Origin: an uncultured Thalassospiraceae bacterium
GTDB taxonomy: Bacteria; Pseudomonadota; Alphaproteobacteria; Rhodospirillales; JAPHRK01
Direction of reading: 5' to 3'
Assembly (NCBI GenBank): GCA_965368165.1
Contig: CBDULT010000006.1
Location: forward strand, 23,385 to 87,384
Length of the DNA stretch: 64,000 nt
Shown here: one piece after another, positions 20,422-30,591 of the stretch
How positions within the stretch are numbered: position 1 is the stretch's first letter
How the letters are laid out: every line of letters begins with the position of its first letter
The notes under the pieces: model-generated
What the model was told of the DNA's origin: nothing
The model's database searches: none
What the model saw: the letters and a program-made list of their open reading frames with translations, nothing else
Made by a program: the position numbers and the translations under genes

Positions 20422-22020
20422 ATGGCGAAGCGAACTTTTGACTATGTTATTGTTGGAGGTGGTTCTGCTGGGTGTGCTCTTGCCGGGCGGCTTAGTGAAG
20501 ACCCAAAAATATCGGTCTGTTTGTTGGAAGCTGGTGGCCCTGATAAGAGTGTCCTTATACACGCTCCTGCTGGTGTTGCGGCTATTCTCCCCACCCCTTT
20601 GCACAACTGGGCTTTTAAGACCGTTCCCCAGCCGGGTCTAAATGGGCGTCGAGGATATCAACCTCGGGGCAAGACTCTGGGCGGCAGCAGTTCGATCAAT
20701 GCCATGCTTTATGTGCGCGGCCATAAATGGGATTACGACCACTGGGCTGAGCTCGGCAATAAGGGTTGGTCCTATGATGAGGTGCTGCCCTACTTTAAAA
20801 AATCAGAGAACAATGAAGTTATCAAAAACGACTATCATGGGCAGGGCGGGCCACTGAATGTTGCCGACCTTCGCTGCCCCAGCTCCTTGGGTAAAGTGTT
20901 CATTGAAGCCGCTGGGCAAATGCAAATCCCGGAGAACCTGGATTATAACGGTGAAGAACAATATGGTGCCCACGCTCTGCAAGTGACCCATGTAAACGGC
21001 GAGCGGTGCAGTGCTGCCAAGGCTTATATTACTCCCCATATGAATCGCCCCAACCTCACGGTTATTACTCATGCTTTGACTGAGAATATCCTGTTTGAAG
21101 GCAAGAAAGTTGTGGGTGTCACCTATAAGCATGACGGTAAAACTCATCAGGTGGGGGTGGGGCGTGAGGCTATTATAAGCGGTGGGGCTTTTGGGTCGCC
21201 GCAAATTTTGATGTTGTCAGGTGTCGGTCCTGCTGATGAACTTAAAAAACATGGCATTGAAGTCCACCATGAACTTCCTGGAGTGGGACAAAACCTTCAA
21301 GACCATATTGATTTCATCCATAGCTATCGAACCCGAAGTGACAGCGATACCTTTGGGGTCTCTCTTCGCGGGGGCTTGAAAATTCTCAAGGCGATCCCCG
21401 AATGGAAAAACAAACGCACCGGCTTGATCACCAGTCCCTTTGCCGAAGCCGGAGCCTTTATTAAAAGTTCCCCAGAATTGGAAAATGCCGATCTACAATT
21501 GATTTTTGTTGTCGGCATTGTTGATGACCATAATCGCAAGTTGCACTTGGGCCATGGCTTCAGTTGCCATGTCACCGTCTTGCGCCCCAAAAGCCGGGGC
21601 TACGTCGGCCTCAACAGTGCCAACCCCAAAGACGCCCCTCTCATCGACCCGGCCTTCCTTTCAGATGAGGCCGATATGGAGCTGCTGGAGAAGGGAGCTT
21701 ATCTCCAACGGCAAATCCTCGAATCCCCCGCTCTTGACCCCTATCGCGGCAAGCCCCTCTATAAAGTAGACACAGCCAACCAAGAAGCCGTTCGCCAAGA
21801 CATCCGCAACCGCGCCGACACCCAATATCACCCCGTCGGCACCTGCAAAATGGGACGTGCAGACGACCCAATGGCCGTGGTTGACGCCCAGCTAAAAGTT
21901 CATGGCTTAGAATGCCTCAGAGTCGTTGATGCCTCCATTATGCCTACCCTCATCGGCGGCAATACCAATGCCCCAACCATTATGATTGGAGAGAAGGCGG
22001 CGGATATGATTAGGGGGTGA
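20422..22020 (+). CDS. GMC family oxidoreductase (choline/alcohol dehydrogenase-like)
   Basis: GGGSAG, PRGKTLGGSSSIN, SPQILMLSG, YHPVGTCKMG, GNTNAP. Confidence 0.95.
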   Translation: MAKRTFDYVIVGGGSAGCALAGRLSEDPKISVCLLEAGGPDKSVLIHAPAGVAAILPTPLHNWAFKTVPQPGLNGRRGYQPRGKTLGGSSSINAMLYVRGHKWDYDHWAELGNKGWSYDEVLPYFKKSENNEVIKNDYHGQGGPLNVADLRCPSSLGKVFIEAAGQMQIPENLDYNGEEQYGAHALQVTHVNGERCSAAKAYITPHMNRPNLTVITHALTENILFEGKKVVGVTYKHDGKTHQVGVGREAIISGGAFGSPQILMLSGVGPADELKKHGIEVHHELPGVGQNLQDHIDFIHSYRTRSDSDTFGVSLRGGLKILKAIPEWKNKRTGLITSPFAEAGAFIKSSPELENADLQLIFVVGIVDDHNRKLHLGHGFSCHVTVLRPKSRGYVGLNSANPKDAPLIDPAFLSDEADMELLEKGAYLQRQILESPALDPYRGKPLYKVDTANQEAVRQDIRNRADTQYHPVGTCKMGRADDPMAVVDAQLKVHGLECLRVVDASIMPTLIGGNTNAPTIMIGEKAADMIRG

Positions 22021-22024
22021 GGGG

Positions 22025-22894
22025 CTATGACCCCAATCTCTCCAATTCAAACCGCTTCGATGGCTTTGTAATTTCCCTTTGTGCCGGAATCAAATGCAGC
22101 TCCATGCTCTCTGCCTTTTCTGTTGCCTCGATGATCCCGTAAAGCGAACTGACGGCGGCTCTTAAAGCTCTCGCCTGTTTGCGTTTTTTTAGGTAGTTGC
22201 CGAGGAATAAGGCGGTAAAAGTGTCTCCCGTGCCTTTGGCTTTAAGTTCCAGCCTGGGGGTTTGGGTGAGGCAGGCTTTGGTGGGGGAGACGGCGAGGGT
22301 TTCGAGGGTGTCTTCGCTAAATTCGCCGGTTTTTCTGAGAGAAGTGACAACGACAATTTGGGGACCGTTGGGAGACATCTTATTTGATAAAGCTCTTGCG
22401 GCATCCATGGCTTCTTCAACCGTCGTGGCACCATGGCCTGTCAGCTGTTCGAGTTCAAAAGCATTGGGGGTGATAATATCTGCCAAGGGGACCAACTGGT
22501 CACGGATGAAGGTGGGAATATCTTGAGCGACATAGATGCCTTCTTCCCAATCGCCAATGATAGGGTCACAGCAGTAAAGAGCCTTGGGGTTGATCTCTTG
22601 AGCTTGGAGAACTGTGTTCCGAACCACAAAGCCGTTTTTAACAGTGCCTAAATAGCCACTCAAAACCGCCTCGCAATCTGGAAATATAAGCCGTTGCCCA
22701 ATGCCATTGATCATGTTGGCAAGGTCAGATGATTCGGTGATTTTACCTTTAAACGACCCATAACCTGGGTGGTTGCTGAACTGCACGGTGTTTACAGGCC
22801 AGACCTCGAATCCGAGCCGTTGCAATGGAAAAACGGCGGCTGAATTGCCCACATGACCGTAAGCAACAGCCGATTGGATGGATAAAATGGTCAT
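22025..22894 (-). CDS. pdxY: Pyridoxal kinase
   Basis: ILSIQS..YGHVGNSAAVFPLQRLG, FSNH, DPIIGD, TPNAFEL, GTGD; start set to MTILSIQS. Confidence 0.93.
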   Translation of the reverse strand: MTILSIQSAVAYGHVGNSAAVFPLQRLGFEVWPVNTVQFSNHPGYGSFKGKITESSDLANMINGIGQRLIFPDCEAVLSGYLGTVKNGFVVRNTVLQAQEINPKALYCCDPIIGDWEEGIYVAQDIPTFIRDQLVPLADIITPNAFELEQLTGHGATTVEEAMDAARALSNKMSPNGPQIVVVTSLRKTGEFSEDTLETLAVSPTKACLTQTPRLELKAKGTGDTFTALFLGNYLKKRKQARALRAAVSSLYGIIEATEKAESMELHLIPAQREITKPSKRFELERLGS

Positions 22895-23000
22895 TTTGAG
22901 CGATTTCCCAGTGTTTTTTAATAGTCTCAAGCTTGCAACGTTTTGCTCTGTGACTATAGTCTGCCGCCAACAGAGCTATCTATCAATGGAGAAACGTCAA

Positions 23001-23882
23001 ATGGCTGTTACAGCACGTCCCCGCCGCAGTGTCCTTTATATGCCCGGCTCCAACGCCCGAGCCCTTGAAAAAGCGAAATCCCTTCCTGCCGATGCCCTCA
23101 TTTTGGATATGGAAGATTCCGTCGCACCTGACGCCAAAGAACTGGCACGAGAGCAGATTTGTAAGGCGGTTAAAGAAGGCGGTTATGGTAAACGTGAAAT
23201 CCTTGTCAGGGTCAACGGCCTGAACACCCCATGGGGCCAAGCCGATATTGCCGCCGCCAGTCAATGCGGTGCCGATGGCATCTTGTTCCCGAAAGTAGAA
23301 AGTGCCGATACGGTGCGCCAAATCGAATCTATTATGGACAATGCTGGGGCTCCTGCTGATCAGACAATTTGGTGCATGATGGAAACCCCTCGCGCCATGT
23401 TCAAAGCCGAAGAGATTGCCGATGCAACCCCCCGCCTTGGTGGTTTTGTCATGGGCACCTCAGATTTAGCAAAAGACCTGCACTGCCTACACACTCCGAT
23501 GCGGTTGCCTTTCATTACCTCTCTTGGGCTTTGCATGCTCGCCGCCCGTGCTGCGGGCATTCCAATCCTTGATGGGGTTTATCTTGACCTTGGAGATGAT
23601 GAGGGCTGTAAAGCTGCCTGTTGGCAAGGAGCCGAGTTGGGCTTTGATGGCAAAACCCTGATCCACCCTAAGCAAGTTGCCGCCGCCAACGAAGTTTTTG
23701 CACCAGACGATGCTGAGATCGCCTGGTCGCGTAAAATCATTGAGGCCCATGCTCAAGCCGAGAAAGAAGGCAAAGGCGTGTTGCAAGTTGACGGTAAACT
23801 GGTTGAAAACCTTCATGTGGAGAACGCCAAGCGTTTGATCTCTATGGCTGAGGCCATTGCTGAAATGGAAGGGTCTGCTTGA
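23001..23882 (+). CDS. CitE-family CoA ester lyase/thioesterase (malyl-CoA lyase/thioesterase-like)
   Basis: RRSVLYMPGSN, DMEDSV, MMETP, GTSDL, GFDGKTLIHP; adjacent to mch; start set to MAVTARPRR. Confidence 0.88.
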   Translation: MAVTARPRRSVLYMPGSNARALEKAKSLPADALILDMEDSVAPDAKELAREQICKAVKEGGYGKREILVRVNGLNTPWGQADIAAASQCGADGILFPKVESADTVRQIESIMDNAGAPADQTIWCMMETPRAMFKAEEIADATPRLGGFVMGTSDLAKDLHCLHTPMRLPFITSLGLCMLAARAAGIPILDGVYLDLGDDEGCKAACWQGAELGFDGKTLIHPKQVAAANEVFAPDDAEIAWSRKIIEAHAQAEKEGKGVLQVDGKLVENLHVENAKRLISMAEAIAEMEGSA

Positions 23883-23883
23883 G

Positions 23884-24939
23884 ATGAGTAAAACAAACAC
23901 AGGCAACTTCTTCGAAGACTTCAAGATCGGTCAGGAAATTTTCCACGCCACCCCGCGCACCATTACTGAAGGCGATGTAGCCCTTTACACCGCCCTTTAT
24001 GGCCCGCGCTTTGCTGTGCAATCTGCTGATACTTTCGCCATGGATATTGGCTTTGAACAAGCCCCGATCGATGATTTTCTAATGTTTCATATGGTGTTTG
24101 GTAAAACCGTACCGGATATTTCCCTTAATGCGGTTGCCAACCTAGGCTATTCGTCTGGGCGTTTTGGTGCTCCGGTTTACCCTGGCGACACGGTTCGCAC
24201 CATGTCGAAAGTGATTGGTCTTAAGGAAAATTCCAACGGTAAAACCGGGGTTGTTTACGTTAACTCAATCGGGGCCAACCAGCGCGACGAAGTGGTGCTC
24301 GATTATGTCCGTTGGGTGATGGTCAATAAAAAAGACACCAGTGCGCCCGCACCGGAAACAGTTATTCCAGATCTTCCTGCTTTTGTTGATGCTGAAAAGC
24401 TGGTCATTCCCGAAGACCTCAATATGGGTCACTATGATTATGAGTTGTCTGGGAGTACCTTCACTTGGGACGACTATGAAGTGGGTGAGAAGATCGACCA
24501 TGTGGACGGCATGACCTTAGAAGAAGCCGAGCACCAAATGGCGACTCGTCTCTACCAAAATACCGCCAAGGTTCACTTCGACCAAATGGCTGCCGATAAC
24601 AACCGCTTTGGGCGTCGCTTGATCTATGGTGGTCATATTATTAGCCTGGCCCGGTGCCTCACCTTCAATGGCCTGGGCAATGCCTTTAAGGTGATCGCCA
24701 TCAATGCGGGTTCTCATGCCAACCCTACATTTGCTGGCAACACCATCTTTGCCTGGTCAGAAGTGATTGAAAAAATGACCCTGCCGGGTTCAACAGAGAT
24801 GGGTGCCTTGCGCATTCGCACTGTCGCCACCAAAGATAAAACCTGTGAAGACTTCCCTTACAAAGGCGAAGACGGTAAGTATGACCCTCATGTGGTTCTT
24901 GATTTCGACTACACGGTATTGATGCCGAGGAAAAGCTAA
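23884..24939 (+). CDS. mch: Mesaconyl-CoA hydratase (double MaoC/hot-dog fold)
   Basis: MSKTNTGNFFEDF, FHMVFGKTVPDISLNAVANLGY, YQNTAKVHF, RRLIYGGH. Confidence 0.88.
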   Translation: MSKTNTGNFFEDFKIGQEIFHATPRTITEGDVALYTALYGPRFAVQSADTFAMDIGFEQAPIDDFLMFHMVFGKTVPDISLNAVANLGYSSGRFGAPVYPGDTVRTMSKVIGLKENSNGKTGVVYVNSIGANQRDEVVLDYVRWVMVNKKDTSAPAPETVIPDLPAFVDAEKLVIPEDLNMGHYDYELSGSTFTWDDYEVGEKIDHVDGMTLEEAEHQMATRLYQNTAKVHFDQMAADNNRFGRRLIYGGHIISLARCLTFNGLGNAFKVIAINAGSHANPTFAGNTIFAWSEVIEKMTLPGSTEMGALRIRTVATKDKTCEDFPYKGEDGKYDPHVVLDFDYTVLMPRKS

Positions 24940-24959
24940 CTTCACAAACGAATGAATTA

Positions 24960-24999
24960 AAAAAAGGCCCGGTCTTAAATTTAAGACCGGGCCTTTTTT
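24960..24999. terminator. Bidirectional terminator, perfect 40-bp palindrome
   Basis: AAAAAAGGCCCGGTCTTAAA|TTTAAGACCGGGCCTTTTTT between convergent mch and acnB. Confidence 0.88.
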
Positions 25000-25007
25000 A
25001 TTTAACA

Positions 25008-25044
25008 GATCGCAAGGCGGTCCGCCAATCGTTTGGCGTGAGTC
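25008..25044 (-). repeat. Intergenic hairpin repeat, copy F (subtype 3)
   Basis: GACTCA-CGCCAA acga TTGGCG-GACCGCCTTGCGATC; aligns with 30552-30591(-). Confidence 0.75.
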
Positions 25045-25054
25045 TGCGTGGCAC

Positions 25055-25089
25055 TTGATTAGGATTGATCAAAGATCAATCCTAATCAA
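25055..25089. repeat. Perfect 16-bp inverted repeat
   Basis: TTGATTAGGATTGATC-AAA-GATCAATCCTAATCAA. Confidence 0.85.
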
Positions 25090-25098
25090 TTCAACAGC

Positions 25099-27684
25099 CT
25101 ACATTTTGACGGTGTCAGCCACATCTTTGAAAGAAGGGATTTGATCGAAGTTCATGTAGCGGTAAACATCGTCGGCTTTGTCTTTTAGACTTGCGACTTG
25201 CTTCATGTACTCTTCTGCCGTGGGGATTTTCCCGATCAGGGCGCAGACGGAAGCCAGTTCGGCAGAGCCGAGGAAGACTTGAGTATCTATGCCAAGACGA
25301 TTAGGGAAGTTCCGGGTTGACGTTGACATGGCGGTCGAACCTTTGCGGATTTGGGCTTGGTTGCCCATACAAAGGGAACAGCCTGGGGCTTCCATGCGTG
25401 CGCCCGTTTTGCCAAGGATGGAGTAGTAGCCTTCTTCGGTCAGAATAGCGGCATCCATTTTGGTTGGCGGCGCAATCCAAAGACGAGTAGGCAAGTCGCT
25501 AAGACCATCAAGCACTTGTCCCGCAGCGCGGAAGTGACCAATATTGGTCATGCAAGAACCGATGAAGACTTCATCAATTTGGTTGCCAGCAACGTCAGAC
25601 AAAGTTTTCACATCATCTGGATCATTTGGGCAAGCCACAAGCGGCTCTTTGATTTCGTTCATGTCGATTTCAATAACCGCCGCATAATCTGCATCGTCAT
25701 CCCGTTTTAGCAATTGTGGGTTGGCGATCCATTCTTCCATGGCTTGGATGCGACGTTTCAGGCTGCGCTCATCATGGTAATCATTGGCAATCATCCATTT
25801 CATCAAGGTGATGTTGGAGGTCATGTATTCAATGATCGGTTCTTTGTTGAGATGAACCGTACAGCCAGCTGCAGAACGCTCAGCCGCAGAATCAGAAAGC
25901 TCAAAAGCTTGCTCAACTTTAAGGTCAGGCAATCCTTCGATTTCCACGATAGTGCCGGAGAAAATATTTTTCTTCCCCTTTTTCTCAACAGTCAAAAGCC
26001 CTTCTTTAATCGCGGCATAAGGAATGGCGTTAACCATGTCGCGTAACGTGATGCCAGGCTGAAGCTCCCCTTTGAAACGAACCAACACTGACTCAGGCAT
26101 ATCCAAAGGCATAACCCCTGTCGCAGCAGCAAAGGCAACCAGACCGGAACCCGCCGGGAAAGAAATACCGATAGGGAAACGGGTGTGGGAATCGCCCCCA
26201 GTACCGACTGTATCGGGCATCAGCAGACGGTTGAGCCAAGAGTGAATAACTCCGTCACCGGGACGCAGAGCAACACCGCCCCGAGTTTCGATAAAATCAG
26301 GCAAGGTCTTATGGGTCGAAACGTCAACCAGTTTTGGATAGGCACTGGTGTGACAGAAGGACTGCATGACGAGGTCAGCTGAGAAGCCAAGGCATGCTAA
26401 ATCTTTAAGCTCATCGCGGGTCATGGGGCCGGTGGTGTCTTGAGAGCCCACCGTGGTCATCTTAGGTTCGCAATAGGTGCCAGGACGAACCCCTTGGCCT
26501 TCAGGCAAGCCACAGGCGCGACCGACCATTTTTTGTGCCAAGGAGAAACCTTTGCCCGTGTCGGCGGGGACGTGAGGTTGGCGGAACAGGGTTGAAGGCT
26601 CTAGGCCTAAGGCTTCGCGGGCGCGGGCAGTAAGGCCCCGGCCAATGATCAACGGAATGCGTCCACCAGCCCGAACTTCGTCAAAAATCACGTCTGATTT
26701 TACTTTAAATTCAGCTATGACTTCGCCGTTTTTCAGGGCTTTACCTTCAGCGGGGCGCAATTCAATCTCATCGCCCATGTTCATTTGCGAAACGTCAAGT
26801 TCGATGGGCAATGCGCCCGCATCTTCCATGGTGTTATAGAAGATCGGAGCAATTTTGCTGCCAAGACAGATACCGCCGAAGCGTTTGTTTGGAACAAAAG
26901 GAATGTCTTCCCCGGTCCACCATAGAACAGAGTTGGTTGCCGATTTCCGAGAGGAACCTGTGCCAACCACATCGCCCACATAGGCAACCAAGTTGCCTTT
27001 GGCTTTGAGGTCTTCAATAAACTGGATCGGGCCACGCACCCCATTTTCTTCTGGGGTAATACCGTCACGCGCATTTTTCAGCATGGCAAGAGCGTGCAGA
27101 GGAATGTCTGGGCGGCTCCAGGCGTCTGGGGCTGGGGAGAGATCATCGGTGTTGGTTTCACCCGTTACCTTAAACACGGTAAGTTTAATGCTATCGTCGA
27201 CTTCAGGCTTGGAGGTAAACCATTCGGCATCGGCCCAGGATTGTATGACCGCTTTGGCATTTACGCTGCCTTTGTCGGCTTTGTCTTTGATATCAAAAAA
27301 GTAATCGAAAACCAGCAAAGTCTTTTTCAGGCCTTCGGTGGCTGCGGAGCCGCATTCGTCGTCGTCGAGCAGGCTGATGAGGGGTTCGATGTTGTACCCC
27401 CCCAGCATCGTGCCGAGCAACTCAGTCGCTTGAACCCGTGAAATAAGGGGACAAACTTCTTGCCCACCAGCAATTTTCGCCAAAAAGTTGGCCTTGATGC
27501 GGGCCGCATCATCCACCCCGGCGGGAACCCGGTGGGTGAGGAGTTCAACGAGTGTTTCTTCTTCTCCGGCCGGTGCGTTTTGCAGCAATCCAACCAAGGT
27601 TTCTGTTTGTTCAACAGATAAAGGAAGAGGAGGAATTCCTAATTCTTCACGTTCGGCGATATGTTGACGATAAGATTCAAGCAC
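25099..27684 (-). CDS. acnB: Aconitate hydratase 2
   Basis: HEAT-like N-terminus, [54 protein letters not shown]. Confidence 0.98.
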   Translation of the reverse strand: MLESYRQHIAEREELGIPPLPLSVEQTETLVGLLQNAPAGEEETLVELLTHRVPAGVDDAARIKANFLAKIAGGQEVCPLISRVQATELLGTMLGGYNIEPLISLLDDDECGSAATEGLKKTLLVFDYFFDIKDKADKGSVNAKAVIQSWADAEWFTSKPEVDDSIKLTVFKVTGETNTDDLSPAPDAWSRPDIPLHALAMLKNARDGITPEENGVRGPIQFIEDLKAKGNLVAYVGDVVGTGSSRKSATNSVLWWTGEDIPFVPNKRFGGICLGSKIAPIFYNTMEDAGALPIELDVSQMNMGDEIELRPAEGKALKNGEVIAEFKVKSDVIFDEVRAGGRIPLIIGRGLTARAREALGLEPSTLFRQPHVPADTGKGFSLAQKMVGRACGLPEGQGVRPGTYCEPKMTTVGSQDTTGPMTRDELKDLACLGFSADLVMQSFCHTSAYPKLVDVSTHKTLPDFIETRGGVALRPGDGVIHSWLNRLLMPDTVGTGGDSHTRFPIGISFPAGSGLVAFAAATGVMPLDMPESVLVRFKGELQPGITLRDMVNAIPYAAIKEGLLTVEKKGKKNIFSGTIVEIEGLPDLKVEQAFELSDSAAERSAAGCTVHLNKEPIIEYMTSNITLMKWMIANDYHDERSLKRRIQAMEEWIANPQLLKRDDDADYAAVIEIDMNEIKEPLVACPNDPDDVKTLSDVAGNQIDEVFIGSCMTNIGHFRAAGQVLDGLSDLPTRLWIAPPTKMDAAILTEEGYYSILGKTGARMEAPGCSLCMGNQAQIRKGSTAMSTSTRNFPNRLGIDTQVFLGSAELASVCALIGKIPTAEEYMKQVASLKDKADDVYRYMNFDQIPSFKDVADTVKM

Positions 27685-27846
27685 TGGTGATCTCCGCTAC
27701 AGCAAGAGTGAATTTACAAGGGGGTCATGAAGCTGGTGCTTCATGCCGCAAATTGGTGGGCCTTATACACCATAAATGGGGCGTTTTGTCCAGAAGTAAA
27801 CCCTTCAATAGCCGCAGGAATGCTAGGGATTGGTACTACCAGATGA

Positions 27847-28182
27847 TTAGAATAATCGCCCGCCATTTGGGAGGGTCGTTGTGGGTTCTATGAGGACAAC
27901 GGCCCCGTTTTCATCTGGAAAGCCAAGGACGAGGCACTCGCTCATGAATTTACCAATTTGTTTTGGGGGGAAGTTGACCACAGCGGCGACTTGTTTACCG
28001 AGGAGATTTTCCTGAGTGTAGTGGACAGTGATTTGGGCCGAGCTTTTCTTCACGCCGATCTTGTCGCCAAAATCAACTTTGAGCTTGAAGGCTGGTTTGT
28101 GGGCTTCGGGGTAGGGGGCAACTTCAACAATGGTGCCTACCCGAACATCGACTTTTAAAAAATCATCAAAGCTTATGGTCAT
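27847..28182 (-). CDS. csaA: CsaA-like tRNA-binding/export chaperone
   Basis: DFLKVDVRVGTI, KKSSAQIT, VVNFPPKQIG, SECLVLG. Confidence 0.92.
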   Translation of the reverse strand: MTISFDDFLKVDVRVGTIVEVAPYPEAHKPAFKLKVDFGDKIGVKKSSAQITVHYTQENLLGKQVAAVVNFPPKQIGKFMSECLVLGFPDENGAVVLIEPTTTLPNGGRLF

Positions 28183-28203
28183 GGGGCTATCCTTAAACAC
28201 AGC

Positions 28204-28234
28204 AAAAAGGGCTGTCCTTAATAGGACAGCCCTT
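28204..28234 (-). terminator. Intrinsic terminator of the phasin gene
   Basis: AAGGGCTGTCCT-TAAT-AGGACAGCCCTT with a U-tract on the minus strand. Confidence 0.8.
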
Positions 28235-28261
28235 AAAGCAGGTCAAAGTATGTGACCGAAT

Positions 28262-28768
28262 TTATGCTTTAATTTTGGAAACTTGAGCTTTGAGCTCTTC
28301 CAAGTTTTCGGTGAAACGTTTGTTAACGGTTTCAAAAGCTTCGGTGTTTGATTTGTTAACCATTTCGGCCAACTCACGCATGTTACCAAGAGCACCGTCG
28401 AGAGCTTTTTGCAAAACTTCGGTTTGTTTAACGACAGAGTCTTGAACGCTGCCTGCGCTGGTTACATCGGTAACGCTTGAGTTAACTTCTTCAAGGGTCT
28501 TTTGAAGGATTTCGCCTTGACGTTTGAATACGGCTTGTACGCCTTCAACAGCAAGTTTGTTAGCTGCGACGACAGCTTCAACATTTTTGCGTTGGGCATC
28601 CATAAGAGGTTCCATGTCCATGGAAGGAACTTTGAAGTCACCCATTACTTTGGTGAATTCACCGGACATTTTGCTTGGGTCAAAATCAGCAAAGATTTTG
28701 GAAGCGTCGAAACCGCCCATGAATTGGGTTGGGTCAAAATTGAACATGTTGTTTTCTGCTTTAGCCAT
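28262..28768 (-). CDS. phaP: Phasin (PHA granule protein)
   Basis: QRKNVEA...AN..A.EG.Q...RQ pattern, Ala-rich helical protein; PhaR-like box upstream. Confidence 0.9.
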   Translation of the reverse strand: MAKAENNMFNFDPTQFMGGFDASKIFADFDPSKMSGEFTKVMGDFKVPSMDMEPLMDAQRKNVEAVVAANKLAVEGVQAVFKRQGEILQKTLEEVNSSVTDVTSAGSVQDSVVKQTEVLQKALDGALGNMRELAEMVNKSNTEAFETVNKRFTENLEELKAQVSKIKA

Positions 28769-28860
28769 TGTACTTACTCCACCTACTGGGAATTAACTGT
28801 AAAAACGTGAATGAATGTAAGCCTAATATAGAGGGGAGCAACAAAAAGGTCAAGCATTTA

Positions 28861-28875
28861 TTGTGCAGTGCACAA
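28861..28875. promoter_or_regulatory. PhaR-like operator
   Basis: Palindrome TTGTGCA-G-TGCACAA (TGC-N3-GCA core) upstream of phaP. Confidence 0.7.
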
Positions 28876-28952
28876 AAATATATTTCTTTTTAAATACAAT
28901 TGGTTACGCGTTTATATATAAAATATTTCGCGATTGCAATATTTTTTAGACG

Positions 28953-29567
28953 CTAATTTTGTGCGGGCGCAACATTTTCTGGATTGGATTCTGGTGGTGA
29001 ACCGCAGAAGGCTGCAAGCTTGTCGGCTTTATCTAAGACACGGTCTAAAGCAGCCATGGTTGAGGCCATATCTTCGCTGTCGTCTTTAAGCCAAGTTTTG
29101 AAGGCCCGACCATAGAGCAGGGCAAGCCCTTTTGTTTTAAGGGCCCCCTTTAGCCCGGATGAATTAATTCCGGCAGCTTCCAGCATCCAGGCCATTGAAT
29201 TCATAAACTGAGGAAGGGAGAGTAAATTTGTCAGGGGGGTTCGGGCTAAACCTTTGGCGATAGAGGTAACACCCAGACGATGTTCCTGCAAAGTATCGAA
29301 ACGGCACATCATGACATCAAAGAGGCGATCACGGGGGGATTCTTCACTCTTTGTTTCCTGCTGGGAGAGAACTTCCTGGTCAATGCGTTGAAGAAACCCG
29401 TTGAGGATTGCTGGTTTTGTCGGAAAGGCTTGGCGAAGTTCTGCCAAAGAGCATCCCGCTTTTAAGGCCACCTCATTGAGCGAGACTGAAGGCCAAGGCT
29501 TTTCTTCTGCTAAGGATAAAGCCGAGTCTATAATTCTGTCTTGGGTTGTTTTCTTTCTTCCTGCCAT
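28953..29567 (-). CDS. TetR family protein
   Basis: N-terminal HTH; RDRLFDVMMCRFD and WLKDDSED...TMAALDR typical of a conserved alphaproteobacterial TetR-like family. Confidence 0.85.
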   Translation of the reverse strand: MAGRKKTTQDRIIDSALSLAEEKPWPSVSLNEVALKAGCSLAELRQAFPTKPAILNGFLQRIDQEVLSQQETKSEESPRDRLFDVMMCRFDTLQEHRLGVTSIAKGLARTPLTNLLSLPQFMNSMAWMLEAAGINSSGLKGALKTKGLALLYGRAFKTWLKDDSEDMASTMAALDRVLDKADKLAAFCGSPPESNPENVAPAQN

Positions 29568-29614
29568 TGTTTGTTCCTCCTCTTCACCTCCTTTTATTTA
29601 GGTGCAAAGGAGGT

Positions 29615-30424
29615 TTAGGCAAGTTCTTTCGACCGTTTTGCTGCTGCCGCAATGGCACGGTCCATGACGGGCTGCAGGCCATTCTTTGCCATCAATACAT
29701 CCAAAGCCGCCGCCGTGGTGCCGCCGGGGCTGGTGACGTTCTGGCGTAAAGTTGAAACTTCTTCGGTTGACTGGAATTGTAGCTCGCCAGCCCCGCTTAC
29801 CGTGGCGCGGGCGAGTTTCTTCGCCAGATCTTCGGGCAAACCAGCCTTAACCCCTGCGGCAGCGAGAGTTTCCGTCAGGTAAAAAACATAGGCGGGGCCG
29901 CTGCCAGAAACGGCGACAACTCCGTCCATGTGGGCTTCATCCTTAATCCAGGCGACCTGGCCAACGGCTTCGAGCAACGTTTGGCACTGGTTTTTTTGTT
30001 CAATATTCACAAGGTTGTTGGCAAAGGCCACCGTTATACCGCGACCAACGGCAGCAGGGGTGTTGGGCATGGTGCGGATAATGGCGGTGTCTCGGCCAAG
30101 AAGCTCTTCAAAAAACCCAACCGTCTTTCCCGCAGCGATGGAAACAAATACCGTTTGGGAGCTTTTAAAGGTTTTGTAAGGAGGAACAACCTCTTCCATG
30201 ACCTGAGGTTTAACCGCAAAGAGGACAACTGAAGGGGCGAGCTCTTGAGGCAATTCATTAAAGTTAGAATAGACGTTTGTTTGGCGTGCGCGGAGGCCAA
30301 TGGCAAGTTCTTCGGTAGGCTCAACAATATGTATAGAAGAAGGGGGGCGGCCTTGGTCAAGCCAGCCATCTAATAAAGCACTGCCCATTTTCCCGCAGCC
30401 GACAATCAGCAATGAACCCGACAT
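29615..30424 (-). CDS. proC: Pyrroline-5-carboxylate reductase
   Basis: GCGKMG, AVKPQ, RTMPNTP, SGSGPAY, VTSPGGTT. Confidence 0.98.
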   Translation of the reverse strand: MSGSLLIVGCGKMGSALLDGWLDQGRPPSSIHIVEPTEELAIGLRARQTNVYSNFNELPQELAPSVVLFAVKPQVMEEVVPPYKTFKSSQTVFVSIAAGKTVGFFEELLGRDTAIIRTMPNTPAAVGRGITVAFANNLVNIEQKNQCQTLLEAVGQVAWIKDEAHMDGVVAVSGSGPAYVFYLTETLAAAGVKAGLPEDLAKKLARATVSGAGELQFQSTEEVSTLRQNVTSPGGTTAAALDVLMAKNGLQPVMDRAIAAAAKRSKELA

Positions 30425-30447
30425 TTGGTCTCTCCTCTTTATTAAAT

Positions 30448-30524
30448 GCCCTCAATCGCCGGACGGTGGCAAGGGCCACCTTGGGCTTACGCCGAAATGG
30501 TTCGGCGAGGCCTCAATGGCCCAT
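30448..30524 (+). repeat. Intergenic hairpin repeat, copy D (subtype 2)
   Basis: GCCCTCAATCGCCGGAC-GGTGGC aagg GCCACC-TTGGGCTTA-CGCCGAA atgg TTCGGCG-AGGCCTCAATGGCCCAT; matches 10655-10730(-). Confidence 0.9.
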
Positions 30525-30551
30525 GAAGTATATTATTGCTAAGCTCAAATT

Positions 30552-30591
30552 GAGTTGCAACCGCAGTCCCGCGCAGCTTTGCGCGTGAGTC
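30552..30591 (-). repeat. Intergenic hairpin repeat, copy G (subtype 3)
   Basis: GACTCA-CGCGCA aagc TGCGCG-GGACTGCGGTTGCAACTC; aligns with 25008-25044(-). Confidence 0.75.
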
